DNA of 30,612 bases from a virus (IMGVR_UViG_3300036985_002287:1-30612), one strand, 5' to 3'; shown: positions 16,967 through 24,322, numbered from the stretch's first letter. The notes: generated by a model from the sequence alone, not told the origin. Program-made: numbers and translations.

Positions 16967-17389
16967 TTAAGCTGTCGCAGCTTCGGTGGCCACCTCGACT
17001 GCCGGAGCAGCTTCGATGGTCTTGATTGCCAGCTTGGCCTTGTGCTTGGCAACAGCAGTGGTAATCAGCAAGTTGGCAGCGCCTTTGGAAATGCCGCTGA
17101 CCACCACTTCACCCGTCTTCACTTTGATGACATCGACAGTAACCAAAGGTTTGCGGCCGCCTTTTTTGCCTTCCGGACGACCCAAGCCTTCAACCGACTT
17201 GGGATTAGCCAAGCGAGCTACCTTCAGGCTGTGATTGTAATGTGTTGCAGCAGAAGCAATGCTAATGCCGAAGTTCATTACAGTTTCTTCCATCACGCGA
17301 CGACGGAAACCGGTGTCGCCCAACTCAGCACGTTCTGCCAAATACTTGCTGAAGTTGGCATTTGTAAAATCACGAATTCCTTGTGTCAT
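16967..17389 (-). CDS. Putative DNA-binding protein ('FR...A[SA]T.YN' family; start re-assigned to MTQGIRDF)
   Basis: FRRRVMEETVMNFGISIASAATHYN...GLGRP; SD GAAAGG; promoter 17453-17481. Confidence 0.75.
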   Translation of the reverse strand: MTQGIRDFTNANFSKYLAERAELGDTGFRRRVMEETVMNFGISIASAATHYNHSLKVARLANPKSVEGLGRPEGKKGGRKPLVTVDVIKVKTGEVVVSGISKGAANLLITTAVAKHKAKLAIKTIEAAPAVEVATEAATA

Positions 17390-17505
17390 ATAAACCTTTC
17401 TGTTGATAAGTAAACAATTCTTTTCTGGACTGTTTTTGCTGTCCATGTCGTTATTATATGATAGGATGAGTCTATGGTCAATAGGTTTTAACAAGAATTT
17501 TGCCA

Positions 17506-17533
17506 AAAAGAAAGCCTACACAAGGTAGGCTGT
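17506..17533 (-). terminator. Rho-independent terminator
   Basis: GCCTAC-CTTGT-GTAGGC followed by TTTCTTTTT. Confidence 0.75.
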
Positions 17534-17552
17534 TCTTTATACGGGTGGTAGG

Positions 17553-17798
17553 TTAAGCGTAAATCTTACCTTGAACACCGGCTTGGTCTCTACGGCTAAC
17601 TGTGTAAGCAGTATTGCCAACAGTGTTACGAGTGTTGGTGACTTTCAAACCTGCAGCACGCATTTCGCAGATGCGAGCGCGGAGATTCAAAATACCGTAT
17701 GTTTCACGAGCTTGGGCAGACGACATAGCCCGGCCCGTGCCTCGCAAGTGTTGTTCCAAGAATGTTTTCTGTGTCGAGACTAATTTTGTAAATGCCAT
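17553..17798 (-). CDS. Winged helix-turn-helix protein (HTH_39-like)
   Basis: Q...L...L......S..A...YGI.NLRARI.EMR..G..V pattern; promoter 17826-17854; SD AGGAG. Confidence 0.65.
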   Translation of the reverse strand: MAFTKLVSTQKTFLEQHLRGTGRAMSSAQARETYGILNLRARICEMRAAGLKVTNTRNTVGNTAYTVSRRDQAGVQGKIYA

Positions 17799-17855
17799 AT
17801 TATGGACTCCTTATTAAGTGTTCTAATTATAACAGCCTCGCTAACGAAAGTCAAG

Positions 17856-17888
17856 AAAAAGCGGCAACCATTTGCATAGCTGCCGCTT
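17856..17888 (-). terminator. Rho-independent terminator closing the putative ncRNA
   Basis: AAGCGGCAGCT...GGTTGCCGCTT followed by TTT. Confidence 0.75.
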
Positions 17889-18226
17889 AGTAGGTTAGAA
17901 CAGTTGATCCATAAAGGCGCTGTAAACCAGGTATAGAGTCAGTCACGAACCTTTCTACCTTATAATAAAAAGGGAGTTTCTAATGATTCCCTATATTTAG
18001 AATTCTTACTGTGAAGGCTAACTTCTCTAGCGCAAGCAGCGCATCCTGGTTCACGCCAGTTCGGTTATGCAGGGGCCAGGTTGCTCAGGCCTTCTTATAC
18101 TCGGTCGGTAAAATAATTCACCAAATTAGAATGCACAAATCTATCACCATCGGCAAACAGTGATGTCGCAGGGTTGCCGCCCTACCGCCCCGCTGGGCGT
18201 CTATACACTCTAATTTGGTATCTTAG
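17856..18226 (-). ncRNA. Putative ~370-nt structured non-coding RNA (family unassigned)
   Basis: Own consensus promoter 18232-18260 and own terminator; no ORF; 20-bp closing helix with G-U pairs enclosing three hairpins. Confidence 0.6.
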
Positions 18227-18272
18227 CCGTAATTATATGATAAAATATACAAACTGTCAACAAGTATTTAGT

Positions 18273-18300
18273 CAAACAGAAAGCGTCCGAAGACGCTTTC
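18273..18300 (-). terminator. Rho-independent terminator with UUCG tetraloop
   Basis: GAAAGCGTC-TTCG-GACGCTTTC then TGTTT. Confidence 0.85.
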
Positions 18301-18486
18301 AAGGGCTGAACCGATCACCTTGTTATGCAGACACCATACTGAATCCTAGGTATCCGGGTCACAAAGTCCTTCCCTTATAATGTGGGAAGTGGAAGCCGGG
18401 CTCTCAATAATAGCCTCTCTATTCGGGGTGGAGCTCTCCAGTGCCTACTCCACCCACGTTAATGCCAAGCACAGCACAGGGTTCTT

Positions 18487-19623
18487 TTATACGTCCGCGA
18501 GTACCATTCCCGCACGTTCCGCCTGTTGACGTTTCTCCAACAGACGCTTAAACTTCGCTTCACGTACCAGCGTCGTTGATTCTGCCAACGAACGCCATTC
18601 GTATTGGTCCACTTTGACGAAGTCCGCGATCTTTTTCACTGCGCGTAGGCTAACTTCACGCATAAATTCCGCATTACTTACAACGAAGTCCAAGATCTCC
18701 GCTTCTTGTAGTGGCGTAAATTGGTATGATTCCAACATTCCGTCACGAACGATCTGCTTGATACGCAACAACTTGTCACGCATAGACCCAATCTCCAAGT
18801 CCAAGTAGTGACAACGTGACATAATTGCTTCTAAGTGTTGCGAAATGCGCGACCCTTTTGCAATGGTACGTTCGAAGTCGATGTTCGACAAGAAGATAAC
18901 GCTACCCTCAAAGTCAAACGCATTTGGAATTTCGCCGTCGCCAAGTACACGACTTTCTTTATTCCAGCAGATACGGCGCGTGTCGCCACTGTTCAATGCA
19001 GTCTTCATCAAGTTAAGGCATTCTTCTTCAAACAGCACACCATCCGCATCATCAAACACAAGCACCTGTTCCGGGCTGCGATTGTAATAAAGCTTCTGGT
19101 ACAAGCCGATGCTCGAAACACCGCCGCTGACAACTTCATACTTCGGATCTTGCCCTGCAAGTTTACGAAACATATTTGCCTTCTTCAGCTGCTCTTCGAC
19201 GCCGTAAGACTTGCCAATACCCGGAGGGCCTGACACAACAAGGCCACGCACTACGCCCTGGGCGCAAGCGTCTGTGATCTTATCGAGCATTGCGAATGTT
19301 TCGCTAATACGCTCCATAGCATCGTCATCTGTTTCAGCAGAAACAAATGCTTGCTCGTAATTCGTGCCAGTTTCGATCTTTCCGCTGCCCGTTGCGATAG
19401 TGACGTGTTCTGACAGCACTTCACCTGCTTCATCCAACAGTGTAAAATCGCCAGGCATAACTTTGACACGCTGATGCGATACTGCACCTTTCTTTGGTGC
19501 GGGGTTATAGATGGTAACAAAACCACCAAAAGCACCTTCTTGGTAGGGTTTAATGAGTGGGAAGATGCCAGAGACAACTTCATTGCGATGGAAACCTTTA
19601 ACGATACTTACTTTAATAGTCAT
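18487..19623 (-). CDS. AAA+ family ATPase
   Basis: Walker A GPPGIGKS, Walker B LVFDDAD, sensor-1-like IFLSN, AIMSR (putative Arg finger); promoter 19650-19678. Confidence 0.85.
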   Translation of the reverse strand: MTIKVSIVKGFHRNEVVSGIFPLIKPYQEGAFGGFVTIYNPAPKKGAVSHQRVKVMPGDFTLLDEAGEVLSEHVTIATGSGKIETGTNYEQAFVSAETDDDAMERISETFAMLDKITDACAQGVVRGLVVSGPPGIGKSYGVEEQLKKANMFRKLAGQDPKYEVVSGGVSSIGLYQKLYYNRSPEQVLVFDDADGVLFEEECLNLMKTALNSGDTRRICWNKESRVLGDGEIPNAFDFEGSVIFLSNIDFERTIAKGSRISQHLEAIMSRCHYLDLEIGSMRDKLLRIKQIVRDGMLESYQFTPLQEAEILDFVVSNAEFMREVSLRAVKKIADFVKVDQYEWRSLAESTTLVREAKFKRLLEKRQQAERAGMVLADV

Positions 19624-19674
19624 TAAATACCTTTCTTGTTTAAGTATGTATTATACAGCATTTGGTCGATTCGG

Positions 19675-19893
19675 TCAACCGTTTTGTTCAACATACTCTT
19701 TGGCATATCGAAGATGGCTAAACTCGGCCTCCTTAAGACCGTCATTAGCCCTTGTCCAAGAATACCATTTGTCGGGAATCATTTCTCGTTTACCTGCCCA
19801 GATCTTTCTGCGGAACTCTCTGCGAATTTCTCCGCAGATTATTCCGTTCCGGAAAACAAATAACCCGTTCTCAGACTTCTGATACGAGACCAT
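19675..19893 (-). CDS. Hypothetical protein (C-terminal part of the track ORF, MVSYQKSENG...)
   Basis: Stop inside -35 TTGACC; start uncertain. Confidence 0.5.
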   Translation of the reverse strand: MVSYQKSENGLFVFRNGIICGEIRREFRRKIWAGKREMIPDKWYSWTRANDGLKEAEFSHLRYAKEYVEQNG

Positions 19894-20134
19894 CTGCTTC
19901 AGGATCCGCAGGGATCTCCATCTCCACCAGTTTGTGGAAGCATTCTTGCCCTTCGAGCGTAACATCTTCGAACTCGATGGCATATTCTTCATACGATTCT
20001 TCGTCGTGGCACTGAAAATATCCACTCTCCATATCACAGAAGTCCATACGCAACCACTTGCCGGATGGATCCACATAGAAGCAGGCACGTTCCGCCATAT
20101 CGGCGATTTGGTCATCGTGTGTAATTTTGCTCAT
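19871..20134 (-). CDS. Acidic hypothetical protein (MSKITHDDQ...)
   Basis: ATGA overlap with upstream gene. Confidence 0.7.
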   Translation of the reverse strand: MSKITHDDQIADMAERACFYVDPSGKWLRMDFCDMESGYFQCHDEESYEEYAIEFEDVTLEGQECFHKLVEMEIPADPEADGLVSEV

Positions 20135-20460
20135 GCCATCACTTTTACGTTGACGCCTGCTTTTGCAAGCGTATCGAATACACAATCCACTGCTTCACCA
20201 CGAGTGCCACCGATGTGCCAGCAAGTGACCTGCTCCTTCGGAGTGCCTTCACCTTCGCCATTGTAGGAATCGCCTTCCTTCCAGTCGTAAATGGTTGCAT
20301 AGGTGCCGTCTTCGAATGTCAGATTCCATTCAGCTTGGACTTTGTACCCGTCGCCGTCGGAATGCTCGGCACCGAATACCTTAACCAACTCGTCGTAAGT
20401 GGTCTTGATTTCGCCCTGAAGCCAGCTTGATTGCCATTCAGATGCAGGAGTAAACTTCAT
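20131..20460 (-). CDS. Conserved hypothetical phage protein (LQG..TY..LV..FG / ATIYDWK motifs)
   Basis: Start re-assigned to MKFTPAS; promoter 20492-20520. Confidence 0.8.
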   Translation of the reverse strand: MKFTPASEWQSSWLQGEIKTTYDELVKVFGAEHSDGDGYKVQAEWNLTFEDGTYATIYDWKEGDSYNGEGEGTPKEQVTCWHIGGTRGEAVDCVFDTLAKAGVNVKVMA

Positions 20461-20522
20461 ATCGTGTCCTTTAATGTGTTGCGAAGTGTTTATTATACGG
20501 CCAAACAGAAGCCTTGTCAACA

Positions 20523-20837
20523 TTAATCTCCAGAATCAATCTGGTATGTATCGCCGCAGTGGGCACAGACATATTCGTGCAAACAGTTGCCAACAGTCTT
20601 GCCGCTATAGGAGTGGGTACAGCTCTCGCCGTTGCGATTAATACCAACATACCCGCGGGCCTGACCAAACATATATTGGCCACCACAGTTGTTACAGCTA
20701 AGAGTATCGTCGGATGCACGATAACCAGCCATAACATTAGCATATCGCCGCATATCTTCGGGTAATGGACGCCGCCCCGTACCCTTACAAACGGGACATA
20801 TACATTTACCTTCGGGTATAATTAGTTTTGTTTCCAT
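20523..20837 (-). CDS. Zinc-finger-like protein (CPVCKGTG, CNNCGG, CAHCG)
   Basis: CxxC motifs; start re-assigned to METKL; SD AAGGAG. Confidence 0.7.
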   Translation of the reverse strand: METKLIIPEGKCICPVCKGTGRRPLPEDMRRYANVMAGYRASDDTLSCNNCGGQYMFGQARGYVGINRNGESCTHSYSGKTVGNCLHEYVCAHCGDTYQIDSGD

Positions 20838-20838
20838 T

Positions 20839-21276
20839 TCAACTCCTTGCGGCTTTAAGAATACGAGCAACTGACTTGTCCGCAATGTCGGACCAATCCT
20901 TAGGCATAACAATACGCTCAGGCAGTTTAACACCGGGCGCGAAGTTCCAAACATTGGAGAAGTGATCCTCCACTAGATCTGATACTTCAAACATCATCGA
21001 ATACAATGCGTCGGCAATATTTTCTTTGCCGTCCTTGAAAGCCCAGTAAGACTTGATTGAGCGATAGTCGCACCTTGCTGGCATCCTGTCCATCGCACGT
21101 GACAACTCACCATCTGTATCGAACGGATGGAAAGTGTCTGTCTCAAACAGCTGAGTATTGAAGTATTCCATGAAGTCTTCGCTGATGTTCTTGTCGTCAC
21201 GCTGCGAATACAGCTTGACTTGCGAAGACATAATCTTGCGAAACTCTGTAACGACAGCGGGCCAATTATATTTCAT
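20839..21276 (-). CDS. Hypothetical protein (145 aa)
   Basis: ORF track. Confidence 0.75.
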   Translation of the reverse strand: MKYNWPAVVTEFRKIMSSQVKLYSQRDDKNISEDFMEYFNTQLFETDTFHPFDTDGELSRAMDRMPARCDYRSIKSYWAFKDGKENIADALYSMMFEVSDLVEDHFSNVWNFAPGVKLPERIVMPKDWSDIADKSVARILKAARS

Positions 21277-21284
21277 GATATATT

Positions 21285-21385
21285 AAGTAGATAAGATAAG
21301 ACTACCTGCCATGGAGCACACCGGTACGTCAGTGTGCTTAGGACTCGAACCTTTTAGCCTTAACTTATCTACTCCTTGTTGCGAT
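21285..21385 (-). ncRNA. Putative small structured RNA or leader with a tRNA-like T-loop
   Basis: Cassette promoter 21392-21420; 10-bp closing stem 21286-21295/21364-21373; AGG-TTCGAGT-CCT; 9-bp second hairpin. Confidence 0.5.
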
Positions 21386-21423
21386 GTGACTATTATAACA
21401 AGGTTCTTAGGCCTTGTAAACAA

Positions 21424-21666
21424 TTAAACGAAAAGAAAGTTTTTAGATAGAAACTTGAGCACTTTGTTGTAGCCGTGCTCCTTAATCAGTTCCCCGATCA
21501 ACTTGTCAGCTTCAGGAGCTTCGGCGCACGTGGTCAACCGGTCTGCATCGATGCACATTTCAATGGCACATTCGTTGTCGTCGACCATGCAATCTGAACC
21601 AATATAGTTCCACACAAGCCACATCGGGTGCCTTAACTGATCTACTACTGCTTTGTCTAACTGCAT
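21424..21666 (-). CDS. Hypothetical protein (80 aa)
   Basis: Promoter 21692-21720; SD AAGGAG. Confidence 0.8.
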   Translation of the reverse strand: MQLDKAVVDQLRHPMWLVWNYIGSDCMVDDNECAIEMCIDADRLTTCAEAPEADKLIGELIKEHGYNKVLKFLSKNFLFV

Positions 21667-21705
21667 ATCTACTCCTTGTTGCGATGTGTTTATTATAACA
21701 GGATG

Positions 21706-21801
21706 CTACCATTTTGTCAATAACTGAATCGCAATACTTACGATAACAGCAACGGCAAATGGTATGGAGGCAAATAGCACCGCTGCCACAGCCAGTGTCA
21801 T
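21706..21801 (-). CDS. Tiny hydrophobic peptide (31 aa)
   Basis: Hand-translated MTLAVAAVLFASIPFAVAVIVSIAIQLLTKW; ATGA overlap. Confidence 0.45.
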   Translation of the reverse strand: MTLAVAAVLFASIPFAVAVIVSIAIQLLTKW

Positions 21802-21911
21802 TTCAAGTCTTTCACTGAATTCACTGCGTGAATAGCTAAGATAATTACCAACGGGCTAACAAACAGGGCGAGCGTAAACGCCGCCAACACCGTGCCAATA
21901 ATGTATTCCAT
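21798..21911 (-). CDS. Tiny membrane peptide (37 aa)
   Basis: Hand-translated MEYIIGTVLAAFTLALFVSPLVIILAIHAVNSVKDLK; SD AAGGAG; promoter 21938-21966. Confidence 0.7.
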   Translation of the reverse strand: MEYIIGTVLAAFTLALFVSPLVIILAIHAVNSVKDLK

Positions 21912-21966
21912 AACCTACTCCTTGTTGCGATGTGACTATTATAGCAACAAGGAGCGAGTCTGTCAA

Positions 21967-22302
21967 CTACTTTGTTTCATATTCCTTGATAAGCATTTTC
22001 AGCCACTTGTGGCGATGCGCTTGCATCCGGTCAAATGTAATATCTGCCGGAGGTACACCTTTCTTATTGATAAGCCAACCCTCCATTGTTTCACAGCCTT
22101 CCAGGCGCGCATGGATTGCAGACTTGGCCCGTTTTGCTGCATCTGTGTATCTGTAAGGATTCGTACTCAAGTTGGCATCCTCGATAGCATGGCAGATGAA
22201 CTCATTCATAAACCAGCGACTGGTATAATCTTTGCCACTACCTTTTGCCAGCCGTTCAACAGCCTTACGCATCGCCTTGGCAATTCTTGCACGAGAAGTC
22301 AT
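21967..22302 (-). CDS. Hypothetical protein, paralog of 12094..12405
   Basis: Start re-assigned to MTSRARI; promoter 22328-22356. Confidence 0.8.
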   Translation of the reverse strand: MTSRARIAKAMRKAVERLAKGSGKDYTSRWFMNEFICHAIEDANLSTNPYRYTDAAKRAKSAIHARLEGCETMEGWLINKKGVPPADITFDRMQAHRHKWLKMLIKEYETK

Positions 22303-22515
22303 ATCGTTCCTTTGTTGTGATGTGTCTATTGTAGCAGCATGGGATCTACCTGTCAAAGGTTATATGCAGTAAATGAAGGGCTGACCGCTTGTATATAGTA
22401 TGGTTGGTAGATCTATAGTAACCTCGCTGGTTGACCAAGGCATGACTACGAGATATCTGACCGGACCTACTGACCGTTGCCCAAAAACCACACCATCAAT
22501 TGAAACCCGACAGAC

Positions 22516-22590
22516 GAAACTCTTTGATTGAAACTCTATGATTGAAACTCTATGATTGAAACTCTTTGATTGAAACTCTTTGATTGAAAC
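22516..22590. repeat. Tandem repeat, 5 x 14 bp GAAACTCT(T/A)TGATT plus a partial copy
   Basis: Units start at 22516, 22530, 22544, 22558, 22572. Confidence 0.95.
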
Positions 22591-22648
22591 TTATGTCGAA
22601 AATCATTTAACAACGTATATCGTTAAATGAATTTATATATCGAAGTTC

Positions 22649-23272
22649 TTATCTTTCAAAAGTGACAGTAAAATCTGGACAGTCTCTATACATTTGAGGT
22701 ATAAGATTGCCTTCTGCTGCAATCATTAATCCCAAATTATGTAATTCTTTATCATAGTTAGCTGTTTTTAAGGCATCTAACACAACCTCCACACAGCTGA
22801 CTCTAGTAGAATCGGACAGGTCGAAAAGGTCGTCGTATGGTTTTCCAACTTGCTTTACTAGAGAATCGATAATTGCCGTCCATTCACTGTTCTCTATATT
22901 AGCAGGTGTCAATAAGCACACATTATCACAAGAGAAAACTTCGTCAAAAGTTGTATAAACGACACCCTTTACATCGGCTTCCACAAACTTAAATCCACTA
23001 CGGTTTAGTGGATCTTCTATGTTATCACAATTCATTAGAGCGTGACTATATTTTGCCCACTTACCTGTCTTAATCCACGATAAGAAACTAACAAGGACGC
23101 TACTCAGATGAGATTTATTGCCTGTAAGAATGATATAATATCCTTTCGAGAGTACAGCAGCCAAATGGTCTTTATCATGTTCGTCTACTGCATGTTTGTT
23201 GCTCCAACGAATTTTAGGTGGCAGTTGGGCAAGCCAGTGATATGTGCGATAGAGTATTGTATTGTATTTCAT
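22649..23272 (-). CDS. Permuted papain-like amidase (YiiX/YebB-like, permuted NlpC/P60)
   Basis: His (YSHALM) precedes Cys (GKPYDDLFD...SCVE), the permuted order of this family. Confidence 0.75.
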   Translation of the reverse strand: MKYNTILYRTYHWLAQLPPKIRWSNKHAVDEHDKDHLAAVLSKGYYIILTGNKSHLSSVLVSFLSWIKTGKWAKYSHALMNCDNIEDPLNRSGFKFVEADVKGVVYTTFDEVFSCDNVCLLTPANIENSEWTAIIDSLVKQVGKPYDDLFDLSDSTRVSCVEVVLDALKTANYDKELHNLGLMIAAEGNLIPQMYRDCPDFTVTFER

Positions 23273-23299
23273 AATGGTAGTCTCCTACCATTATTTATC
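23271..23299 (-). promoter_or_regulatory. Late-promoter-like GATAAATA overlapping an SD/start-sequestering hairpin
   Basis: ATAATGGTAG-GAGA-CTACCATTAT(G), 10-bp perfect stem. Confidence 0.65.
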
Positions 23300-23400
23300 G
23301 CAGTTGGATATGTATATGTATTCCTATATAGGATTATCGTGCAAGATTCCTATTTAAGATTTGGAATATGAATCTTAGATAGAAATCTGACCTTGAAAAG

Positions 23401-23712
23401 TCACTGCGAATCGTATGCAGCAATTATCTTCTTCAAGCTATTAGTGTATCTTTTTTTATGGAGTCCAATTAAGATATCTATTGTATCCCATCTTGCTGTA
23501 TAGGATGTTTCTTTTATCTTTGTAAGCATTATGTTATAAATTATAACTGAAAAATCATTTCTTTTATCTTTAAGATTTAATTCGAATGGATAATTAACAT
23601 CTTCTATACATTCGGCGATCCATGTTTCTAATATTTCTCGTGGAATATTTTTCAGATCGTTGTTATTAGCTATGTCGGGATTAGAGAACCGCAACGTATC
23701 AAAGATTGTCAT
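23401..23712 (-). CDS. Dispersed M[ST][LI]FD-family paralog 8
   Basis: MTIFDTLRF...DL.NIPREIL..W matches the array N-terminal pattern; TGATG overlap. Confidence 0.7.
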   Translation of the reverse strand: MTIFDTLRFSNPDIANNNDLKNIPREILETWIAECIEDVNYPFELNLKDKRNDFSVIIYNIMLTKIKETSYTARWDTIDILIGLHKKRYTNSLKKIIAAYDSQ

Positions 23713-24092
23713 CAATCAAATTTCTGTTTATTAAACCTAGATGCTACTTGCTGTTGTGTTCTGATTTTAGAAGCATTACCTGTTCCTAATTCTGCATGTG
23801 AGAAAATTCCATATAAATCTATTAGGGTAGGTCTGCTATGTATTCTGTAACAGATGGCAAGATCTTGTGTAAGATGTGCATGGGACATATTTAGTCCTAA
23901 TTTTCCGATAGGGCCAGCAGAAACAAATAGAGAATCTTTAATTAGTCTTGCGGCAGGATTAGCTACCTTGGCTGTCATAAAATCATTCAACTTTTGTACA
24001 GCCTCTGGATGAGCAGCGATTGTTTCGAGATGCAATTTACACATCCTGATTGAAGCACTCGCAGGCGCAATGTTGGATTTATTTGTTGCCAT
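23712..24092 (-). CDS. Probable YafQ/RelE-like ribonuclease toxin
   Basis: HAHLTQDLAICYRI...LYGIFSHAEL resembles YafQ 'CHI..D.LLIY...L...GSHSEL'. Confidence 0.55.
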   Translation of the reverse strand: MATNKSNIAPASASIRMCKLHLETIAAHPEAVQKLNDFMTAKVANPAARLIKDSLFVSAGPIGKLGLNMSHAHLTQDLAICYRIHSRPTLIDLYGIFSHAELGTGNASKIRTQQQVASRFNKQKFD

Positions 24093-24093
24093 C

Positions 24094-24261
24094 TTATGCT
24101 ATTCCGGCCGCTTTATTTGTCATTGCAATAGCTTCTTCTAATGACATAGGTTTGGACCAAGCCGATTCGCCTTGCTGTGCAACAGCAATAATACGAGCCT
24201 CATCCTCTTGGCTGATAGGAGATTGTGGGAGTTCCGGTGCTACGAATTCATCTAGGCGCAT
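24094..24261 (-). CDS. Small acidic protein, candidate antitoxin (55 aa, MRLDEFV...)
   Basis: Directly upstream of the YafQ-like gene with a 1-nt gap; start re-assigned. Confidence 0.5.
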   Translation of the reverse strand: MRLDEFVAPELPQSPISQEDEARIIAVAQQGESAWSKPMSLEEAIAMTNKAAGIA

Positions 24262-24322
24262 AATAAGATTCCATTTAATAAGTATATAATATAACACACT
24301 TATTGAATTAATTCAAATGGTG

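Noticed and set aside
18421-18460. tmRNA 3' end suggested by CTCCACC
   Set aside because: No preceding T-arm (TTCGA) and no CCA end or tag-peptide frame.
19675-20115. Full-length 146-aa track ORF
   Set aside because: Its 5' part overlaps the better-supported 19871..20134 gene in another frame; only the distal 72 codons are retained.
21340-21352. tRNA gene suggested by GGTTCGAGTCC
   Set aside because: No cloverleaf, D-arm or CCA end; kept only as a T-loop within a different structure.
22516-22590. CRISPR array
   Set aside because: Repeats are directly adjacent with no unique spacers, and no cas genes are present.
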